Source: Eledone cirrhosa
Taxonomy: Eukaryota
Length of the DNA: 64,000 nucleotides
Reading direction: 5' to 3'
Assembly (NCBI GenBank): GCA_964016885.1
Contig: OZ024765.1
Location: 1,922,001 to 1,986,000, forward strand
The position numbers were made by a program, and so were the translations under genes. Of this stretch, positions 54,856-64,000 are shown piece after piece; position 1 is the stretch's first letter, and each line of letters starts with the position of its first letter. Under the pieces are notes generated by a model, which worked only from the letters and a program-made list of their open reading frames with translations, did no database searches and was not told the DNA's origin.

Positions 54856-55100
54856 AGAGTGGTTTTAGTGTTCTCAAGGTAACATATGGGTGACTGTAGT
54901 TAGACAGGTGAGGTTTATTGCCCCCTGCTCACCTGGCAGGTAAGAAACTGGAATATATATACATCGCTATTTCAGAGCACCGATCCTAATACCTAATGTT
55001 TGCTGGACCAGCAATCGCTCTGTATAATCAGCTCCTGATTATTACTGGAATTCTATAAGAATCCAACTTCTCTAATTTTCAGCGGAAGCAGGGGGAGCAT

Positions 55101-55142
55101 GGCTCTGATGATCGCCAACCAGCGTGAAACAGACTGTCAGCT
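55101..55142 (+). ncRNA. Hammerhead ribozyme motif, family F
   Basis: GGCU-CUGAUGA-U CGC CAACCA GCG U-GAAACAG A CUGUC-AGCU, GUC triplet. Confidence 0.72.
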
Positions 55143-55300
55143 TCTCTCCCATCTTTCGCCGAAAAGAAGTAAGTGACATAGTCACTACTTTAAAACTGAT
55201 AGCGTATAGTCTTCTAAATGTTTTTAATTAAACATCCGGTATATTGCCAAATATACTATACATACATTCATGTATACATCGCTATTTTAGAGCACCAATC

Positions 55301-55354
<54 letters not shown>

Positions 55355-55356
<2 letters not shown>

Positions 55357-55498
55357 GAAGTGGTTACACAACAGTTAGTTCACCATACCGAGAACAATTG
55401 TTTCACTTTAGCGGATCCTCAGCTCGTGATCTGAGGATCCGCTAAGGTGAAACATTTGTTCTCGGTATGGTGAACTAACTGTTGTGTAACCACTTCTA
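55355..55498. repeat. ~144-bp palindrome containing family G hammerheads
   Basis: tagaagtggttacacaac...ggatcctcag pairs with ctgaggatcc...gttgtgtaaccacttcta. Confidence 0.9.
55389..55426 (-). ncRNA. Hammerhead ribozyme motif, family G
   Basis: CGAG-CUGAGGA-UCCGCUAAAGU-GAAACAAUUGUU-CUCG, with palindromic stem III ACAAUUGU. The inverted partner at 55431-55464 lacks the 5' strand of stem I. Confidence 0.65.
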
Positions 55499-56274
55499 CC
55501 TAACTCGTCCCTTGGACTGAGTGCTCTACCACTACGGATATTACCTTCCAGTGTTCTACCACTATATATATATATATATATATAACGAAGGAGGTGTAGT
55601 AAGGAACCAGATGGACTATAAGGCAGCAGTCCAGAAATAGCCATCGAAACGGCTTGAGCTCTGCCGTCGGGGTCAAACATTTTCTCTCTCTCTCTCTATA
55701 TATATATATAGAAAGAGGTATCATGTGATTATAGCTAGACTGGTGAGGTTTATTTGCCCCCTGCCCCTCTCCCCACTGTCACACACATACACCACCATCA
55801 CTACCACCACAAAGGCAACAACACAACAACAACAACTACAACAACCAACACCACCAACACCACCACCACAACTACAACAACCACCAACACCACCACCACA
55901 ACTACAACAACCACCAACACCACCACCACCATCATCATCATCACATCCTATTTCTATCAATATAGTTTGATATTTTTAAGGGAATCAATAGTAATTTAGT
56001 AATTGGACCTCGAAATGACTGGGTGGTAGTGGTAGTGGTAGTGGTGGTGGTGGCGGTGGCGGTGGTGGTGATGGTGGTGGTGGTGGTGGTGGTGGTAGTG
56101 GTGGTGGTGGTGGTGGTGGTAGTGGTGGTGGTGTTGGTGGAGGTGGTGGTGGTAGTGGTGGTGGTAGTGGTAGTGGTGGTGGTAGTAATAGTAGTGGTGG
56201 TGGTGTTAGTGGTGGTGTTAGTGGTGGTGGTGGTAGTGGTGGTGGTAGTGGTGGTGGTAGTAGTAGTGGTGGTG

Positions 56275-56306
<32 letters not shown>

Positions 56307-56455
56307 GGTAGTGGTGGTGGTGGTGTTAGTGGTGTTGTTAGTGGTGGTGGTGTTGTTAGTGGTGGTGGTAGTAGTAGTGGTGGTGGTGGTGGTGATGATA
56401 ATGTAATAATAAAAGATAACCAAATGGAAAGAAATGCTTTTAAAGTATATATATG

Positions 56456-56501
<46 letters not shown>

Positions 56502-57170
56502 AATATATATATATAGAGACATATACACACACACACACACCATGTGCACACATATTCATGATATATATATGTATATATACACATATTTACATACCATATA
56601 TATATATATATATGTGCGTGTGTATATATATGTATATATATGTATATCTATATTTATATATTGGGTCGTCAACTATGAAATTTGTAGAAATTTGTACAAA
56701 AAGAACAAATTTCTAAAAATTCCATACTTGACAACAATATATACATATATACACATATATATACATATATATATACATATATACACATATATATATACAT
56801 ATATACACATATATATATATACATATATATATACATATATACACACATATATATACATATATATATACATATATACACATATATATATACATATATACAC
56901 ATATATATATATACATATATATACATATATTTATATACATATATATATACATATATACACATATATATATATACATATATATACATATATTTATATACAT
57001 ATATATATACATATATATACACATATATATATACACATATATATATATACACACACATATATATATACACACACATATATATACACACACACATATATAT
57101 ACACACACACATATATATATACACACACATATATATACACACACACATATATATACGCACACACATATAT

Positions 57171-57237
<67 letters not shown>

Positions 57238-57508
57238 TATATACACACATATATACACACACACACATATATATATACACACACATACATACACACATAT
57301 ATATATACACATATATATATACACACACACACACATACATACATATATATATATATATACACATATATATATATACACACACATATTCATACATACATAC
57401 ATATATATATATACACATAGATTCATACATACATACATATATATATATACACATATATATATATACACACATATTCATACATACAGACATATATATATAT
57501 ACACACAT

Positions 57509-57554
<46 letters not shown>

Positions 57555-58721
57555 ATGGGCCTGTGGGTCAATGAAGTGAAAATTGGGAGATAGTAACTTA
57601 ATTATGGGTCGTTAGGGCGGGAGATTAAATTAACTTGTTTTGCTTTTTTTGATGTTTTTGATGTTTTTTGGTAGGGACTGACATGGCATAGAAATAGAGT
57701 TACTTGTTGTGGTAGTGGTAGAGTCTTTTATTAGACATAGAGACTGTGTAGGGGGGATGTCAGGAGGTTGTGGGGAAGGGCATGTGTGGGGGGGGGATGT
57801 CAGGTGGTTGTGGGGAAGAGGTTGTGTGTGTGGGGGGGGCTGTGTGTGTGTGTGGTGCGTGTGGGTGTATGTGGGTGTGTGTGTGAGTGGGGGCTTGTGG
57901 ATCTCAGGAGGTTGTTGGGAAGAGCATGTGTGTGTTGGGGTGGGGTGTGGGGGGGTGTATGTGGGTGTGTGTATGAGTGGGGGCTTGTGGATCTCAGGTG
58001 GTTGTGAGGAAGAGCTTGTGTGTGTGTGTGTGGGGGGGTGTTTGTGGGCTGTGTGGTGTGTGTGGTGCGTGTGGGGCGTGTGGGGGGGGGGGTGAGTGAG
58101 TGGGGGCTTTTGAGGAAGAGCTTGTGTGTGTGTGGGTGTTGTGTTGTGTGTGTGTGGATGTGTGTGAGTGTGTGAGTGGGGGCTTGTGGATCTCAGGTGG
58201 TTGTGACGAAGAGCTTGTGTGTGTGTGTGTGGGTGTTGTGAGTGTGTTGTGTGGTGTGTGGGGGTGTGTTGTGCTGTGTGGGTGTGAGTGGGTGTGAGTG
58301 TGGGGCGTGGGTGTGAGTGGGTGTGGGTGTGAGTGGGTGTGTGGGTGGGGGTTGTGGATCTCAGGGGCTTGTGATGGAGAGCTTGTGTCTCTGTGTGTGT
58401 GTCTGTGTATACACAGACACACACACACACACATATATATATATATGTTTATATATATATATGTATATATGTATATACATACACCTTAACCATCCAGCCA
58501 TGGTGGGGTAGAGCACTGGTTGAGTGAGTTTGAGGGAATCTGGCTGCTATGTCTAGCAGGTAAAGAGACACCCTAATTGGCTGATGATAGAAGTGGGTGG
58601 ATATGATTCATAGATGGCGCTTCAAGTGTAGCACTGGAAGATGGTAGTTATATAGAAGGGAAGTAGAGATACATACAATATATATATATAAATTAATATA
58701 TACACAGCCATAAATATACAC

Positions 58722-58769
<48 letters not shown>

Positions 58770-58851
58770 TTTTGCATGTATATTTTCAATGTATACATCA
58801 TATTTATCTAAATCTATCTACCCTTCTCTCTCTCTCTCTATATATATATAC

Positions 58852-58909
<58 letters not shown>

Positions 58910-58953
58910 GTGCGTGTATATGTATATACATACACACACGCAAATGCACACCC

Positions 58954-58988
<35 letters not shown>

Positions 58989-59031
58989 TATATATACCTT
59001 TTTGCATATATATTTTTCAAAGTAATACAGC

Positions 59032-59175
<144 letters not shown>

Positions 59176-60173
59176 GCATATCTGGGTGTTTACATACACA
59201 TATACTTGTTATAACCCAAAACCACAGAGATTACTGGAGGTTGACTGATGAGATGGGACTGCCCATCACTCCATCCCCTTTGTCCTGTCTGTCCCCTATT
59301 TTGAAATTATATTCTAAAGACTTAGTCATGCGGCCTTTTTTTTTTTTTATACTATATTCATATAAATTTATATATGAAAGTATGTATATTATGTATGTAT
59401 GATGATGTATGTAGGTATATATATGTGTGTCAGGTCACCAGTTGGTGCTACTGGTAACATGTATCCCAGTACAACCTGTCTCATGGTCGGGTCGTTGGCG
59501 ACTAAACTGGCAACCCCACCAAGGTTTCTTGGTGAGGAGTGTGACTTTGGACATCCTGCAGGACTAAAAACAAAACCTGTCAAAGGGCAAAGGAGCTCTT
59601 AAGAGTCAATGGCCATCCAAAATCACCGGGAGAGATGACCCCTTAGCCTTTGTCAAGGCAGAATTCTAGGAGAAGGAAAACTCTGATATAACACCTGCAA
59701 CCCTGATGGTATCCAATGATGTTGACTTGTTCTTCTTTTTGGTAAATATCATCTTGGTTAAGAGAGTGGGACTGGCTTTGTGCAGTGCCTTTGCTCACTA
59801 TAAAAGCTTCACGGCACAGGCATTGCTTTATATCTGGAGATCTCTCTGCACTTGTCCTCACATGGTACCATGGGCCCAGCACTATGTGTCAATAATTGTC
59901 ACAAGTGTAGTGTTTGTACCAGAGTTTTCAAGTCGCTGGCTGGACTAAAAAGTCACACTCGTTCAGCGCTTCGGTAGGGGTTCTCCTACATGGATATAAA
60001 GTAGTGGCCGTACTCGAAAACGAGTTGGCAGCCACCATATGTGTGTATATATGAAGAATTCAGAAACTTAAAGTGCAGTGACAATGAAGAAGAGAGAGAT
60101 AAACCAAACCCAAAATACGTTAAAACAAAACACACAGTATATATATATTTATTTATTAAAATAGCAGATTAAA

Positions 60174-60223
60174 ATTTAAGCAAAGAATCGCTGCTTTCAC
60201 CCTTAACCGGATCTTCTGAAACT
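60174..60223 (-). ncRNA. Degenerate hammerhead motif, family I
   Basis: GUUU-CAGAAGA(U4>A)-U CCG GUUAA GGG U-GAAAGCA...UGCUU-AAAU. The 3' halves of the same motif form the hairpins at 7358-7479 and 47810-47908. Confidence 0.5.
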
Positions 60224-60301
60224 AACAAAGTCAATCTGTAAACGCAGAAGTAAATATTTCAAAAACGCTGCAACCGGAGGAAGACAGGAAGACGATACTT
60301 T

Positions 60302-60578
60302 GGTTCGTGGAAACGTTCCCTGGCAAAGAACGGGAAAAAACGAATATAATACGTCATTATTTGGAGCGGTGGAAAACAATTACACGCAAAGACAGAACCA
60401 CGTTTTTGGTATAAAAGAAGTCGTAGACTAATATTCTCTTAGGTGGTTCATAGAGACGTTCTCTGGCAATGAACGGAAAAAACGAAGATAATACGTCATA
60501 TGTGGGGCGTGGAGAACAATTGCACGCAAAGACCAAACCACGTAAATGGTATAACTAAAGTCGTAGACTAAAATTCTA
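60302..60578. repeat. Two diverged ~143-bp direct repeats next to the family I hammerhead
   Basis: ggttcgtggaaacgttccctggcaaagaacgg...gtcgtagacta (60302) versus ggttcatagagacgttctctggcaatgaacgg...gtcgtagacta (60445). Confidence 0.8.
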
Positions 60579-60882
60579 ACTAGGAAACCGAATGATTTTC
60601 CGCTTCAGAGTTAAGAATAAATTAAATACAATACGCGGTGCCCCAGCATGGCCTCAGCCGGATGGCTGAAACAGGTAAAAGAGTAAAAGAGTAATACAGA
60701 GGTAATTGAAATTAAATAAATACATACACGCATCCATATACGTACATACACAAGCATACGCGAAAACACTCGCCATAGGTATACAAATACACGCACATAT
60801 AAATATGTGTGTGTACAAATAATTAAATGGATCTCGGGAATTTTACCCACCCTAGATATAAATAAATGTATATATGTGTGTA

Positions 60883-60969
<87 letters not shown>

Positions 60970-61301
60970 ATATTTATATATTATATATATGTGTGTGTGT
61001 ATATTTATATATATATATGGTGTGTGTATATTTATATATATATATGTATATATATATACATACATGCAAATTACACACTTCAAGTCCCAAAACACTACAG
61101 ACAGACAACCCAACAGCCCACACACATTATCTCTCAACACCATCAATACACATACACATACATACACACACATACACACACGCAGTGAGGCTATCACCTG
61201 CCATCAAACACACCCATACACACATAAATCCATACACTCACACACATAAACCCATACACATACGCACATACACCCATACACACATACGCACATAATCTCA
61301 T

Positions 61302-61332
<31 letters not shown>

Positions 61333-63139
61333 TAATCCCTTACACACACATGCACGCCCATACACCCATACCCATACAGCCATACACACACATACATAAT
61401 CCCATACACACACACACACCATTATACTCCACTTCACAGACACACACACATACACACCCGCCCATACACACACACACACCCATACACACATACCATTATA
61501 CTCCACTTCACAGACACACACATACATCCATATACACAGGCACCCATACACACACACACACCCATACACACACACACACACACAGACACCATTATACTCC
61601 ACTTCACACACACACACACACCCATACACACACACAGGCACCCATATACACACACACACAGGCACCCATACACACACACACACACCCATACACACACACA
61701 CACAGACACCATTATACTCCACTTCACACACACCCATACACACACACAGGCAACCCCCCCCCCCCCACACCCACAGGCACCCACACCCACACACACACAC
61801 ACACACACACCGTTACACTGCACTTCACCCATACACACACATACAGGGAGTAAATGCCCGAGAAGCCACCATGAAACAGAACAAGTCATTGTACAGAGAC
61901 CAGGCGGAAATATTTCCCTCTTTAAGACATGTGAAAGAGATGACTCACATACTAACACCATTATATATATACACACACATATATATATATATACACATAT
62001 ATATATATGTATGTATGTATGTATGTATATATGTGTGTAAATATGTGTGTATATGTATATACATATTTGCTTCTACATATACATCTCTATATACATAGTT
62101 GTATAGGCTTATCTATCCATCCATCTATCTATATATATATATGTGTGTGTGTGTGTTAAAACGATTATATATATATATGAATATATATGTATATATGTGT
62201 ATATATATAGATCTATATATGTGTGTGTGTTAAAACGATGATATATATATATATATATACATACATATCTATATATCATCGTTTTTTACATCTGCTTTCC
62301 CTGCTATATATAGATTAATAAATATGTGTGTTTGTGTTTGTGTGTGTATCATCATTTTACATCCGTTTTTCCACGCTTTCTTGGGTCAGGCAGGTCCTGT
62401 ATAGATAACAGAATCTCTCTATTTGTCACGTTCCTTTGTCTCCACCCAAGTCTGCCTTGGTCTTCCTCTACTGTGGCTGCCTTCCACTGGGATGTCTTGG
62501 CCCATCTTCACCCACTGATCATTATCTATATATGTCATATGTCGATACCAGCGCAGTCTTCCCTCCATTCATCTCAGTCCCTCTTCTCAGAGTTTCATCT
62601 ACTAGTGATGTAGAAAAAGCTTTTACAGGACTAGAAGATGCTCTGTGTTGGCATGCGAACAGAACTGCAGACACTAATATTTCTAGGTATAATGAAGGAC
62701 AAACTTTTTTCATATGTAACCCATTTGCAACTCCGCAGCGCCCTTATTATCATATTTACACATATTTTTTCCGAATTACACATATGTTTACCGAATTCGC
62801 AGACCAGATCCCTTCTTCCTCCCGTTAGACCTGTGCGAAATTCCTTCCTTGCTCACATTTCAACCAGGTTTGATGATCTTTATTCTCTCGTTCACGATTT
62901 CACCGAATTTAAATTCATAAAAATCTGGGACTTGTCTCCTTCTTCCTCACTTTCTGTTGCTTCACCATTTTGTTTGTTTACCCTCGCGTCCCCTTTATTT
63001 ACGTGTCCCAACGACTTTTTTTAGCCGTTGCTCGCACCAACCGGAGGTATATGGTCTTTAAAACGATGAAAAGCCTATGATGGTTGGAAGATCACTGATA
63101 AAGGACAAACTTTTTTCATATATATATATATATATATTC

Positions 63140-63557
63140 GTAAAGACCTGAAAATCCGCCTTTTCATTGCTGTAGTGGAGTCTGTGCTGCTGTATGGGTC
63201 TGAGACTTGGACACTGACCAAGAAACTCACTCAGATGGTGGATGGGTGCTACACGAGAATGCTGAGGATGGCTCTGTACATTAATCAGTATACACTGAGG
63301 ATGAATAACTCAGAGCTGTATGGGAGCATCCCAAAAGTCAGCTCAAAAGTGACACAGAGGAGACTGGGGTTAGCTGGACATGCTCACCGACATCCAGAGT
63401 TGACATTGCACTAGAAGAGGAAGACCAAGGTTAACGTATGTTGATGCCGCAAGGACAGACACTGGTCTGTTGGAGATGCAGGACATGGCAGCGATAATGA
63501 GAGACAGAGACCGCTGGAGAGAACTCGTCCATGGATCTCGGGAATTTTACCCGCCTT

Positions 63558-63560
<3 letters not shown>
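63140..63560 (+). mobile_element. RTE-type LINE 3' fragment, second family with (TA)n tail
   Basis: KIRLFIAVVESVLLYGSETWTLTKKLTQMVDGCYTRMLRMAL...RRLGLAGHAHRH; terminus ccatggatctcgggaattttacccgccttaga(TA)n. Confidence 0.88.
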
Positions 63561-63613
<53 letters not shown>

Positions 63614-64000
63614 CAAAATTCAGTACAGCATCATCAAAGCTCTGGTTGCAGCGAAGCTAACGAATGCAGTCGGGGTGTGCAGCTAAGCACTCAATAGGGT
63701 ATATTACACTAGAGTTATAACATTACGTTTAGACAGCTTTGCAAATTGAAGACACCGACCGATAGGCGGGCCGCAGTGACCATAGCGACGAAAAAAACTA
63801 TATATATATATATATTGTTATAGTTGGGGAGGGTCATATTGTTGTAATAATATTGCCAGAAATAATAACAGAACACACTCACTGTTTGGTTTGGCCAGAA
63901 TTTTATGATGACGTCGAAAAACAACCGCCAACAACAGGACAAGCGAGGAAGATGTTTTTTGAAGCTAACACCCCAGTGAGAAAATTTGTTCCGAAATTAT

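Noticed and set aside
59430-59700. HDV-like ribozyme in a probable RTE 5' UTR (CCAGU/ACUGG, GUCG/CGAC hairpin, CUAA)
   Set aside because: P1 and a proper P3/L3 could not be built by eye; it needs a descriptor search.

Overview
AT-rich, very repeat-dense animal genomic DNA; the SINE and microsatellite landscape suggests an octopod cephalopod (inference). The only supported host gene is a minus-strand class B1 (secretin-family) GPCR of the calcitonin/CGRP/DH31-receptor type. Three exons (29294-~29459, 2997-3110, 2630-2748) join in frame into the six-cysteine hormone-binding ectodomain; the 7TM exons must lie left of the window. The rest is intron or upstream DNA: two tRNA-derived SINE families, RTE, Tx1/L1 and CR1/L2-type LINE fragments, TTAA-flanked piggyBac-like MITEs, minisatellites and microsatellites. 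Nearly all long ORFs in the track are repeat artefacts. The main hidden signal is a dense set of type I hammerhead ribozyme motifs, folded by eye: 14 copies with intact CUGANGA/GAAA/NUH cores in 7 sequence families, plus degenerate and half copies. They show covarying stems and a recurrent U-U at the base of stem II, and sit in (TA)n-embedded, often fold-back elements resembling Penelope-like element termini. Cleavage activity is untested.
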